Below are positions 1 through 8,833 of a stretch of 64,000 bases of DNA, piece after piece; within the stretch, counting starts at the first letter, position 1; each line of letters begins with the position of its first letter. The DNA is from a virus. Lineage: Duplodnaviria > Heunggongvirae > Uroviricota > Caudoviricetes. The notes beneath the pieces are model-generated. The model ran no database searches, was not told the DNA's origin, and worked only from the letters and a program-made list of their open reading frames with translations. Where the stretch lies: IMG/VR virus record IMGVR_UViG_3300043447_000028, positions 17,157 through 81,156 of that record; one strand, 5' to 3'. A program made the translations under genes and the position numbers.

Positions 1-106
1 CCATGTACATCCAACCCATCATTGGACGCCACTTGGAATTCATCCAGTCTTCTTTTTTCTGTTCGCTTGCGCTTAGTTTGCTTTCTTCTGCCATAGTTAT
101 CACCCT

Positions 107-775
107 TTAGAATTTTAGTTTTGAGGTAAAGCCTGCTATTTTTGATTGCAGTGCAGGCAACTTGGTAACTGCATACGCACCAGCTGTACCAACTGCGAAA
201 TTCATTAGCTTGTCACGTAATGCATTTCTTGGTAGACCATCTGGTAATAATGTAGGTGGATTGTTTGAAGTCTCGAACCACTTATAAGCCATAGATACGG
301 ATAACTTCATAACATCTCTTGAAGCGTAATCTAGCTGAACAGCACCGATACTCTTAGGATAGCATTCGTGTAGATCAACCCAATATGTTGGTTGTCCTGC
401 TCCATCCTGTATTTCGATAGAAATGTCAGTCACATACTTATCATAGTAGTTAAAATTACGAGTTTTTGGATCGTAGATATGGTTTTGCCATTCATCGAAT
501 AGCTGCTTAACCTGCATATCTTTGTCTACGTAGAAAGACATATTGATGTGTTCGTATAATTTCTCGTATGGTGTTTCTCTGAACTCACCATATGTTCTAT
601 TCTGCGTTGTAGAGAAATTAGTACCTGGAAGTTGTACTTGATCGCAGAACATCAAAGCCTTTTTGGTAACATTATTATTGAATACCATTGGGACAGTCAT
701 TACGACTGCATAACGATTAGATCTCGCTAATCCGTTGCTCTTGACTGCTGCTGTGAATTCTTTGATAGTTGCCAT
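107..775 (-). CDS. tail-tube-fold paralog (T4 gp3/gp48/gp54 family); likely tail completion / sheath-stabilizer protein at the T4 gene 3 position
   Basis: 222 aa. Shares N-terminal (SNRYAVVMTVP vs NQFRAELTFP) and C-terminal (YPKSIGAVQLDYA vs FPTSIGAIGLDYE) motifs with the gp19 tube protein at 42213. The minus-strand order 148aa-200aa-222aa mirrors T4 genes 4-2-3. Confidence 0.5.
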   Translation of the reverse strand: MATIKEFTAAVKSNGLARSNRYAVVMTVPMVFNNNVTKKALMFCDQVQLPGTNFSTTQNRTYGEFRETPYEKLYEHINMSFYVDKDMQVKQLFDEWQNHIYDPKTRNFNYYDKYVTDISIEIQDGAGQPTYWVDLHECYPKSIGAVQLDYASRDVMKLSVSMAYKWFETSNNPPTLLPDGLPRNALRDKLMNFAVGTAGAYAVTKLPALQSKIAGFTSKLKF

Positions 776-1377
776 TATACTTTTCTAATTTTTCTTCTGG
801 ATTCTTCCCAAACTTTCTGCTTGCTAGCACCCACAAACTGTTCGACAGGTAGTAGCATAGCAGTAGCCCAGTCGTTGGAATCGACTCTTCTGAATTGGCT
901 TCTTACGTGTCCAGTTAAATACTGTTTGACACAAGGTTGGGCTGCTTTGAATTTAGAAACACCATCAATCATAGCCCACGAATACTTCAATCTAGTGGTA
1001 TCATCTAATCTAGCATTAGACTTAAACGCTAGAAGATTATCCAATAGCTGCATACGAAGGACATACGGCAAGTAGTGCATATTCAAACCATAGAACCCAT
1101 CAGCTGTTTTTCTGAATGGGAAAACTAGAGGGAATCTATCATAGTATGGAAGATCTTCTTTGGTCTTAGGGTCATAAGCGTACATATACAAATTCCCTGG
1201 AATTAGTGTAGTAGTGAGTTTTGTAACATCACCATTTAACACTTTCTTTGGGGTGTACTGCTGCTTGGTCATCTCTTGGACCTGTTTGTCGAACCAACTT
1301 CTAGATCTCTTAACTGCTGTTAGTAGATCGTATTGGTTACGTTCGAAGACGTCTTGCATTGGTGGTTTTTTAGCCAT
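775..1377 (-). CDS. hypothetical virion protein occupying the T4 gene 2 (DNA end protector) position
   Basis: 200-aa ORF, stop/start abutting its neighbours. Assignment is from position only, between the gp4-like and gp3-like genes; no motif recognised. Confidence 0.25.
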   Translation of the reverse strand: MAKKPPMQDVFERNQYDLLTAVKRSRSWFDKQVQEMTKQQYTPKKVLNGDVTKLTTTLIPGNLYMYAYDPKTKEDLPYYDRFPLVFPFRKTADGFYGLNMHYLPYVLRMQLLDNLLAFKSNARLDDTTRLKYSWAMIDGVSKFKAAQPCVKQYLTGHVRSQFRRVDSNDWATAMLLPVEQFVGASKQKVWEESRRKIRKV

Positions 1378-1381
1378 AATC

Positions 1382-1828
1382 TTATTTAGGCTTCTTCAGT
1401 CCAAGTTCATACTCAGTGATAATCTTGAATTCCCACTTACGATCGAGGCAATACTGTTTAGCAGCAGCCCACTTAGCTTGGTTTTTGATATAGGTATAGG
1501 ATTCTGTGAGATATTTCTTAGTATTTCGACCTGGAAATACTGGTGGCTCACATTGCTGGGCTGGCTTAACTTCAACCAGATATGTCTTCAACACATCTCC
1601 AGTAGTAGCCACTTGAATCTTAAAATCCACGAAATAACGATGTATCTTGTTATCTGTTGGACAACGATATGGGATAATTGTCTCTTCTGAACTCCACTTA
1701 ACCACTTTCGGGTTCTTATCACACCAATTTGCAAATTGAGTCTCCCATGAAGACCTCATAATGATGTTTGATGGGTCTCCTGTGTACTTTTCTGCAAAGA
1801 CTGGAACGAACTTTCTTTTATGGAACAT
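1382..1828 (-). CDS. gp4-like head completion protein (PD-(D/E)xK-like motif pattern)
   Basis: 148 aa (T4 gp4 is 150 aa) at the gene 4 position. Contains D..E.K-like motifs (YFVDFKIQV ... LVEVKP). Divergent from the baseplate cluster, as in T4. Confidence 0.4.
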   Translation of the reverse strand: MFHKRKFVPVFAEKYTGDPSNIIMRSSWETQFANWCDKNPKVVKWSSEETIIPYRCPTDNKIHRYFVDFKIQVATTGDVLKTYLVEVKPAQQCEPPVFPGRNTKKYLTESYTYIKNQAKWAAAKQYCLDRKWEFKIITEYELGLKKPK

Positions 1829-1876
1829 AAATAAGTAATTAGGGAATAAATAACACCACCTTTATTTAGAGAAAAT
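1829..1876. promoter_or_regulatory. divergent late-promoter region between gp4-like (-) and the baseplate cluster (+)
   Basis: Plus-strand AATAAATA at about 1845-1852, 25 nt before the 1877 start. The reverse complement of TATTTAG at about 1863-1869 gives CTAAATA on the minus strand, about 35 nt upstream of the 1828 start. Both resemble T4-type late promoters (TATAAATA) and the far-T4 variant CTAAATA. Confidence 0.3.
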
Positions 1877-3004
1877 ATGTCACTCTTTTCAGACGCCAAA
1901 GCTGCTTATAACACCGCCAAAGATGGTGTTAATAACTACGCTAAAACACTACAAAACCCAGCTAACCTTTACACTGCTAGAGGTAAGGCTTCTTCATTCC
2001 AAGATGGAAAGTATGACATAAAGAACCACTCGTACCCATCGGATCTGATGGCTGCGGATGGACGATATGGTGGTAACTACGCTATGTTCTATATCAACGT
2101 AGCCACAGATTCTAAGTTATTCAAAGATAAGAGTGTTCAAACAGTACAAGATTATGCTCCAAGAGATCGTGGTGATTTGATTGGTCAGAATATGTCTAAG
2201 GCTGGATTAGTTGGTTCTAATGCAGCTGTTATTGGCGTAGAAGCATATGCTGCTAAGAAGCTGGGTATTGGTTCTGGTGGATTAAACGCTAAGGTTGCTG
2301 CCACTGCTACAGTTGGTGTTGGTGTTGCTGCGACTATGGCTCCAGATGCCAAGCGTTCACAACGCAGATTAAAAACTGCTATCGCCCTTCACATTCCAAA
2401 CCAGCTATCTATTCGCTATGGCGTTCAGTGGTCTGAAGACGACACATCTATGTTAGCCATGGCCAACGCTGCTGGAACAGAAATTGCTAAGGCTGTTACT
2501 GGTAATGGTAAAATGAAAGAGACTGCTGGTGTGGCTCAAGCTGTTATCACCAACCTAACATTGGCACATGGTCCAAATGCTGCAGGTAATTCAGCTGCTC
2601 TTGGTCTAGCAGCAAACCCTAAAAAAGAGCAAGTGTTCAAAGGTGTTGATTTTAGAACATTCTCTTTCGACTACCAATTCTTCCCTCGCAACCCACAAGA
2701 GGCTAAGAATGTTATGAACATCATCCAAGAATTCAAGTATCATATGCATCCAGAATTCAAAGATACCAATAACTTCGTTTACATCTATCCATCAGAATTT
2801 GATATTATGTATTATGCTAACGGTAAGGAGAATAAGAATCTCCACCGCCACACATCTTGTGTACTTACTGAAGTGAATGTAAACTATACTCCAAATGGAT
2901 TGTTTACTACATTCCCAGATGGACAACCAACACAAATCAACTTAACACTATCATTCCGTGAGTTGGCTCTGTTGACAAAAGATAAGATTAAGGACGGTCT
3001 ATAA
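1877..3004 (+). CDS. baseplate/tail structural protein (possibly gp48/gp54-like baseplate-tube junction protein)
   Basis: 375 aa, first gene of the + strand baseplate cluster ahead of gp53/gp27/gp5. Gly/Ala-rich central region. Call is positional. Confidence 0.3.
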   Translation: MSLFSDAKAAYNTAKDGVNNYAKTLQNPANLYTARGKASSFQDGKYDIKNHSYPSDLMAADGRYGGNYAMFYINVATDSKLFKDKSVQTVQDYAPRDRGDLIGQNMSKAGLVGSNAAVIGVEAYAAKKLGIGSGGLNAKVAATATVGVGVAATMAPDAKRSQRRLKTAIALHIPNQLSIRYGVQWSEDDTSMLAMANAAGTEIAKAVTGNGKMKETAGVAQAVITNLTLAHGPNAAGNSAALGLAANPKKEQVFKGVDFRTFSFDYQFFPRNPQEAKNVMNIIQEFKYHMHPEFKDTNNFVYIYPSEFDIMYYANGKENKNLHRHTSCVLTEVNVNYTPNGLFTTFPDGQPTQINLTLSFRELALLTKDKIKDGL

Positions 3005-3005
3005 A

Positions 3006-3761
3006 ATGTACTTTAAGGATTTCCCAACAGTATTATATGACTTTGATATCAACTCTAAGAAGTCAGAAGGAACTCAGGCTGCTGCTATCGCAAACTTAAC
3101 AGCAGGTGGAGTTGGTTCTGTTACGATCACAAACCCTGGATCTGGTTATACTTCTGCTTCTGTTACATTCTCTGAACCAGAAAATGTTGGTGTTACTGCC
3201 TCTGCGAAAGCAGTTGTTACTAATGGTGTTATCACTAACATCATTATGCTATCTACTGGTACTGGATATGACTTAACCCCAACTGTGGTTATCACCCCAC
3301 CCTATGGTATCATCAAGAAAGAAACCAAAGCGTATGCTATGACCGATATCACAAGAAACATTCGTTTCCGCCGTGATATTCTTTCTCAGATTACTGTTTA
3401 TGATGAATACGATATCGTTGATGGAGAAACTCCAGAGATCATCGCTGAGAAGGTTTATGGTAATGCTCAATATCACTGGGTCGTTATGCTTGCCAATGAC
3501 ATCTATGATTACAAGGCTGACTTTCCACTAACGCAAATGGCTTTAGATAAATTCGTAGAAGACAAATATGGTGAAGATGCAGATGCTGTCCACCACTACG
3601 AAAACGCTGATGGATATATTGTCAATTCTGATGCTTCTGGTGCAGTTTCAGTGTCGAACAGACAGTATGAAGAATTAGTGAATGAATCCAAACGTAGAAT
3701 TAAGTTAATCTCCAAAGACCTAATTGCTACAGTATTGCAGAACTTCAAAGATCAATTATAA
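3006..3761 (+). CDS. gp53: baseplate wedge protein gp53 homolog with an N-terminal GSGYTS-repeat insertion
   Basis: 251 aa. C-terminal two-thirds align with T4 gp53 (AMTDITRNIRFRRD vs PMTDIFRNYKDYF; AEKVYGNAQYHWVVMLANDIYDY vs ANAIYGNPQLYWVLLMCNDNYDPY). The N-terminal ~100 aa carry an ITNPGSGYTSASVTF module. Confidence 0.6.
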   Translation: MYFKDFPTVLYDFDINSKKSEGTQAAAIANLTAGGVGSVTITNPGSGYTSASVTFSEPENVGVTASAKAVVTNGVITNIIMLSTGTGYDLTPTVVITPPYGIIKKETKAYAMTDITRNIRFRRDILSQITVYDEYDIVDGETPEIIAEKVYGNAQYHWVVMLANDIYDYKADFPLTQMALDKFVEDKYGEDADAVHHYENADGYIVNSDASGAVSVSNRQYEELVNESKRRIKLISKDLIATVLQNFKDQL

Positions 3762-5038
3762 TGCAATCTTCAGAACAAGCAGTCAGATTTGCTGGTGATG
3801 TAAATATTACCAAAGTTAAAATCGTGACCAGAAATGGGCTTGCTCAGGATATCACTGGGCAGGTCATTAACATTCAAATTTTCGAGGACTTGTTCTCTCC
3901 ATTTATCACTGGAAGTTTGATTCTAAAAGAATCTCTGGATCTTATTAACCTATTTCCATTCGCTGGTGAAGAAGAAGTTGAGATTGAAATCAATACACCA
4001 TCTCTAGTTACTGGTAATATTAGTGCCAAGTTTTACATCTATAAGATGACAGACAGAGAACTTCTTGGTGATAGAAATATGGTGTATCAGCTACACTTCA
4101 TCTCAAACGAAGCCATTGTTGACTTGAATAAGAAAATCAGTCGAGTGTATGGAGACAAACCTGAAGTTATCATCAAGAGTTTATTGGAAGACCAAGTCAA
4201 TGGTCTACAGTCTACTAAGAAATTGATCGCAGAACCTACTGCTAAGACTGCCAAGTTTATTTCTAATTTCTGGTCTCCAGTAGAAGCCATCAATTACGCA
4301 ACACAGCTAGCTGAGAATAAGAATGGATCACCTAGTTTTGTTTTCTATGAGAATCGTGATGGGTTTTATTTCACTAGTTTAGAATCTCTATACGACGCAC
4401 AGGTCTATCAAGAATTTGTGATGGACAAATACACACGTGATGATAAAAAGAATGGTGGTGATGCTAAGAACGTGTCTCAGGATTACAAACGCATTGGAAC
4501 TATTAGCATCCCTAAAGGTTTCGATTATATGGAACGAATCCGTAACGGTATGTTCTCTTCGAAGATGATTTCTTATGACCTAACTAAGAAAGCATACAAT
4601 GTTAAGAACTTCAATATGTTCGATGGATTTGATTCTCAGAAACATCTAAACAAATTTAATGTTGCAGGAAGTAAGGCTATTTTTAGAACTAACTCAAAAA
4701 TAGTAAACTACCCGAGAATGAATTCTAACTTTAGCGGTTTCAATGATGCCACTAACTACAGAAACTCACAGAAACGTGCCTCTCTTCTTCTTGCTGCAGA
4801 AGCGAACAAAATTCAGATCACTGTTCCAGGTCGTTGTGACTATACAGTTGGGCAAAAAGTTAAAGTTACATTGAATAAGATGGAACCTATATCCAAAGAC
4901 GATATGGACGTTACAGATAAGATGTTTTCAGGTTACTACCTGATTGCTGCAGTGAATCACTATATTACACGTGATATGCACGAATGTAATATGGAACTAA
5001 TTAAAGACTCATTAATGATGAGCGTTGACGGGAAATAA
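3761..5038 (+). CDS. baseplate hub protein, gp27-like
   Basis: 425 aa (T4 gp27 is 391 aa), immediately upstream of and translationally coupled to gp5 (stop 5038, start 5041). Confidence 0.4.
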   Translation: MQSSEQAVRFAGDVNITKVKIVTRNGLAQDITGQVINIQIFEDLFSPFITGSLILKESLDLINLFPFAGEEEVEIEINTPSLVTGNISAKFYIYKMTDRELLGDRNMVYQLHFISNEAIVDLNKKISRVYGDKPEVIIKSLLEDQVNGLQSTKKLIAEPTAKTAKFISNFWSPVEAINYATQLAENKNGSPSFVFYENRDGFYFTSLESLYDAQVYQEFVMDKYTRDDKKNGGDAKNVSQDYKRIGTISIPKGFDYMERIRNGMFSSKMISYDLTKKAYNVKNFNMFDGFDSQKHLNKFNVAGSKAIFRTNSKIVNYPRMNSNFSGFNDATNYRNSQKRASLLLAAEANKIQITVPGRCDYTVGQKVKVTLNKMEPISKDDMDVTDKMFSGYYLIAAVNHYITRDMHECNMELIKDSLMMSVDGK

Positions 5039-5040
5039 TA

Positions 5041-8000
5041 ATGTTTTATACAGGCGTAGTTGAAAATAGACAAGATCCATTACAGCTTGGTCGATGCCAA
5101 GTTCGTATCGTAGGACTTCATACCCACGATAAAGCCCAGTTACCGACTGAGCAATTACCATGGTCTACACCAGTCCAGCCAGTCACATCTGCTGCTATGA
5201 ACGGTATCGGTATGACTCCACTTGGTCCAGTGGAAGGTTCTACTGTTATTATTATGTTCGCTGATGGTGCACAACAGCAACCAATTATGCTTGGCACCAT
5301 CGGTGGTATCCCAACTGCACCTAAATCTATTGAAGATGACGACAGCGCAACTCCATTCGATGAACCCGCAAACCTAAAAGACATCGTATTACGCACAGTT
5401 GTTGGACCAACTACTGGTAAACAACTAACATTTGTGGATAACGAAACTGGCAGAAAAGATCTAACAAAGGGTCTAACTGCTAATATGAAGGTTGTTGGTT
5501 TTGGATTATCGGATAACTGTTATATCGTTACAGTAGATGGTCCAGATAAAATTACAATCAGCGAGATTGTTACTGGTTACGCTGAGAACATTATTACATT
5601 CAAACCAGCGCCAACAAACTTAGACGCTGTCAACACAAGTAAACTGGAAGGTGTTCTTACTACTGCTACTGGTATGCCAGTCACAACCAATGGTGGCACT
5701 CCAGTTCGTTCTGCTGAATCTCAGCAAGGTGCTCCAGCACAAACATCGACAAACGTCTCTATCCCAACCATTCCTCCACCAAAAGAATCTCCAGACGCAG
5801 CTAAGGCGTCTGCTGGTATCAAGGCTCTTATTGCTGCCTGTGATAAGGTTGGTCTCACTACTAAAGAACAGAAGTGTGCGCTATTGGGTATTGCTGGTGG
5901 TGAAACTCGATGGATCCCACAGTTAGAATCTTATAACTACTCTGCTTCTCGTATGAAGCAGATCTATTCATTCGCAACAGACGAAGATGTTGCCAAGTAT
6001 TCTGATGCCTCCAAGAAAGGTATCACACGTGAACAATTTTTCTCATGGGCATATGGTCCAACGAAACGTGGTAAGGGTTTCTTAGGAAATCAAACAGACG
6101 CTGATGGTGGTAAATATTTCGGACGTGGTTTTATCCAATTGACTGGTAAGGCTAACTATGCACGCTACCAGAAACTTGCTAATGAAGCTGGTCTAAATTT
6201 AGACATCGTAAATAATCCAGATTCTCTTGATAATGACATTAATGTATCTGCGATGGTAGCTGCTCTTTACATTAAAGATCGTGTACCAAAGAGTGTTAAA
6301 CCTTCTGAACATCCAGGCTACTTCTTAGCTGCAAAGAAAGCTGTTGGTGTAAACTCACCAGACATCGCTGCTAAGAAAACTTCTTACTACGAATATTTTT
6401 ATGGTGCTGCTGCAGGTAATGCAGTAGATAAAGATGCTGGTGCACCTGTGGCAGCACCACCTGCTAACTTCGATGGAACACCTGGACCTTCTGCTGATTC
6501 TATTAAACGTGGAACAGACAATACAGGTTTCCGTGATCCAAATAACAAGTATCCGTTAAAAGAATATTTGAATGAACCAGATACTAATCGTCTTGCACGT
6601 GGTATCATCGATGGCACTATTGTAGAGAAAAAAGACTCCAGAGTAGTTAAAGGTGTCCCAAAGGCTAATGCTATGGGTTCGTGGGATCAACCAATGCCAA
6701 CCTTTGGCGCTCAATATCCATATAATAAAGTGTTTGAGACTGAATCTGGTCACATCCAAGAGTTTGATGACACTCCAGGGCAAGAACGTATCCACACATA
6801 TCACAGAACAGGAACATATCAAGAGATTGATCCAAATGGCTCTGTGATTAACTATATCGTCGGAGACAAGTTCACTCTGATGGAACGCAATGGATGTATC
6901 CACGTTGGTGGCGAATGTAACATCACTGTAGATGGTAATCTAAACGTATTCGCTCGTACTGACGCTAACATTGAGGTTGCTCAGAATGCGACTATCCGTG
7001 TTGGAAATAATCTTGATGTCGGTGTTGCTAATGATATGTATCTCGCTGCTGGTGGAGATGTTCTTGTAAAAGCTGGTGGAACTTTTAAGGTTCAGGCTAG
7101 CGATGTATCCGTTCTAGCTGACGCTGATTTAACTATGCAGGGTACGGGTGCGGTGAGTATGAAAGGTGATACAGTTAATGTAGAATCTGCTGGTTCTATG
7201 GACTTGCTTGCTGGTGGTACTCTATCTGCAGACTACTCTCAGGGGCAGTTTGGTAATGGCGCAGCTGGCGCAACAGATGTTTCTCCAGTTGAGTTGACTC
7301 CACCACCTGTTGGCGATCCTCTAAATGCTGTTGTTCCATACCTAATTCCACCAGAGCGTAAGACAGAAGAACTTGCAGCCAACGAAACGCCAGAAGATTT
7401 TGATACTCCAGAAGGTCGTGCTGCTGTAAACGCTGCTATTATCGCTGGTGTTCCAAATGCTCCAGCACCAGTAGCCTCTGAAGAAGCAGGCAAACCATCA
7501 GGTGGATCTGGTAAACAAGTACCAGTAGATTGTAAGATTATCTACGGTACTAAGAACTTCACCAACGATTACACTCTATCCAAGAACTTTACTCTTGGTA
7601 TGTGTATGGATGGTGGTGTTAATGGTAAGCATAAGTTGGTCGATCAGATGTTGAAAGATGGTCCAAACTCTGCTGAGCGAGTTTACACTGTGCAAGAGAT
7701 TGTATGTAATCTGGCAATGACTGCTCAGAACGTGCTTGAGCCATATCTTGAGGCACTTCCAGGTGGTATTGGTGGTTACAATAAACAATGGAAGATCTCT
7801 TCTGGTTATCGTCTCAAGGGTGTTGTTCCTACTGAATCACCATTCTCTGATCACTGTAAGGGTCACTGTTTCGATATCGCTTTGATGTTACCAGATCGTA
7901 ACAACAAGACGTACGCATTAGTGCAACAACTAGAGAAGTTAATCACTTATGATCAAATTATTCTAGAGTATCGTGCCCCTGAATCTGTATGGATCCACAC

Positions 8001-8136
8001 TGGTTATAAACCACAAGGAAACCGTAAGATGGCATTCACTATGGTAAACGACTCTGTGTATAAACGAGACGCTAAGGGTGTTCCATCTGGATTCATTCTG
8101 TTGGATTCTATCCCACCGAAAGCTAAGAAGGTATGA
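5041..8136 (+). CDS. gp5: baseplate central spike / cell-puncturing protein gp5 homolog carrying a GH19 glycosidase domain and a C-terminal M15-type (VanY/L-Ala-D-Glu peptidase-like) domain
   Basis: 1031 aa. N-terminus GVVENRQDPLQLGRCQVRIVGLH matches the gp5 OB-fold domain. ALLGIAGGETRW ... GRGFIQLTGKANY is the GH19 signature. Residues ~610-760 are a beta-helix-like run of short repeats (NITVDGNLNVFARTD ... VSMKGDTVNVESAG). The C-terminus has SGYRLKG...SDHCKGHCFDIA...WIHTGY, matching the SxHxxGxAxD...H pattern of M15 zinc peptidases. Confidence 0.85.
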   Translation: MFYTGVVENRQDPLQLGRCQVRIVGLHTHDKAQLPTEQLPWSTPVQPVTSAAMNGIGMTPLGPVEGSTVIIMFADGAQQQPIMLGTIGGIPTAPKSIEDDDSATPFDEPANLKDIVLRTVVGPTTGKQLTFVDNETGRKDLTKGLTANMKVVGFGLSDNCYIVTVDGPDKITISEIVTGYAENIITFKPAPTNLDAVNTSKLEGVLTTATGMPVTTNGGTPVRSAESQQGAPAQTSTNVSIPTIPPPKESPDAAKASAGIKALIAACDKVGLTTKEQKCALLGIAGGETRWIPQLESYNYSASRMKQIYSFATDEDVAKYSDASKKGITREQFFSWAYGPTKRGKGFLGNQTDADGGKYFGRGFIQLTGKANYARYQKLANEAGLNLDIVNNPDSLDNDINVSAMVAALYIKDRVPKSVKPSEHPGYFLAAKKAVGVNSPDIAAKKTSYYEYFYGAAAGNAVDKDAGAPVAAPPANFDGTPGPSADSIKRGTDNTGFRDPNNKYPLKEYLNEPDTNRLARGIIDGTIVEKKDSRVVKGVPKANAMGSWDQPMPTFGAQYPYNKVFETESGHIQEFDDTPGQERIHTYHRTGTYQEIDPNGSVINYIVGDKFTLMERNGCIHVGGECNITVDGNLNVFARTDANIEVAQNATIRVGNNLDVGVANDMYLAAGGDVLVKAGGTFKVQASDVSVLADADLTMQGTGAVSMKGDTVNVESAGSMDLLAGGTLSADYSQGQFGNGAAGATDVSPVELTPPPVGDPLNAVVPYLIPPERKTEELAANETPEDFDTPEGRAAVNAAIIAGVPNAPAPVASEEAGKPSGGSGKQVPVDCKIIYGTKNFTNDYTLSKNFTLGMCMDGGVNGKHKLVDQMLKDGPNSAERVYTVQEIVCNLAMTAQNVLEPYLEALPGGIGGYNKQWKISSGYRLKGVVPTESPFSDHCKGHCFDIALMLPDRNNKTYALVQQLEKLITYDQIILEYRAPESVWIHTGYKPQGNRKMAFTMVNDSVYKRDAKGVPSGFILLDSIPPKAKKV

Positions 8137-8426
8137 CAGCCTTAACTTACAAGGGTGCTATGAGTAAAGGGCAGGATGGATATCCTCCATCGGCTCTTAC
8201 TATTATGCAGTGCTCTAAAAGTTATGTTGGTGGAAACATTATTGGTGTAGTTGGCGACCAATTCGCTGATCATGGACCATCGCCACACCATACTGGTATA
8301 AAAAGAAAGATTTCTTCTGGAGCGTCTAAAACCTTTTTTGAAGGTAAAGCAGCAGCTAGAGTCAATGACTCAATCGCAGATGGAGACGCTGTTGCTCAAG
8401 GAAATGCAAAGACTTTAGTAGAATAA
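8133..8426 (+). CDS. gp5.4: gp5.4-like PAAR-repeat spike tip protein
   Basis: 97 aa (same length as T4 gp5.4), ATGA overlap with the gp5 stop, Gly-rich beta-protein (GGNIIGVVGDQFADHGP...). Call rests on position and size. Confidence 0.55.
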   Translation: MTALTYKGAMSKGQDGYPPSALTIMQCSKSYVGGNIIGVVGDQFADHGPSPHHTGIKRKISSGASKTFFEGKAAARVNDSIADGDAVAQGNAKTLVE

Positions 8427-8427
8427 C

Positions 8428-8434
8428 CTAAATA
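8428..8434 (+). promoter_or_regulatory. late-promoter-like CTAAATA(AAC) motif immediately upstream of gp25
   Basis: CTAAATAAAC lies only about 6 nt before the ATG at 8441. Same 10-mer as at 30986. Spacing is very short, so function is uncertain. Confidence 0.2.
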
Positions 8435-8440
8435 AACAAT

Positions 8441-8833
8441 ATGGCAAGAAATACAAGAATCTTCTCGGACTTAGACTTTAACTTCACTGCACACCCAGTG
8501 ACAGGTGATGTTGCACGTCGATTCGATGAAAATGCAATCAAAACTAGTCTGAAGAACTTGATTCTCACTGCTAATTATGAGCGCCCATTCCATAGTGAAA
8601 TCGGCAGCCCAATCAAAAGATTATTATTCGAGCCAATCACCCCTATGCTCGAAGTTATGCTCCGTAGAGCGATTATGGATACTATAGACAACTTTGAACC
8701 AAGAGTTGAAGTATTGGATGTTATCGTCGTAGTTTCTGAAGACGAGCATGATGTTAGCGTGACGATAGAGTTCCAAATCGTAAACACAAACCAACCACTG
8801 ACTCTTGATTTAACGCTAGAGAGAACCCGATAA
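8441..8833 (+). CDS. gp25: baseplate wedge protein gp25 (GPW/gp25 lysozyme-like fold family)
   Basis: 130 aa (T4 gp25 is 132 aa). IKTSLKNLILTANYERPFHSEIGSPIKRLLFEP matches the conserved gp25/GPW motif. Confidence 0.8.
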   Translation: MARNTRIFSDLDFNFTAHPVTGDVARRFDENAIKTSLKNLILTANYERPFHSEIGSPIKRLLFEPITPMLEVMLRRAIMDTIDNFEPRVEVLDVIVVVSEDEHDVSVTIEFQIVNTNQPLTLDLTLERTR

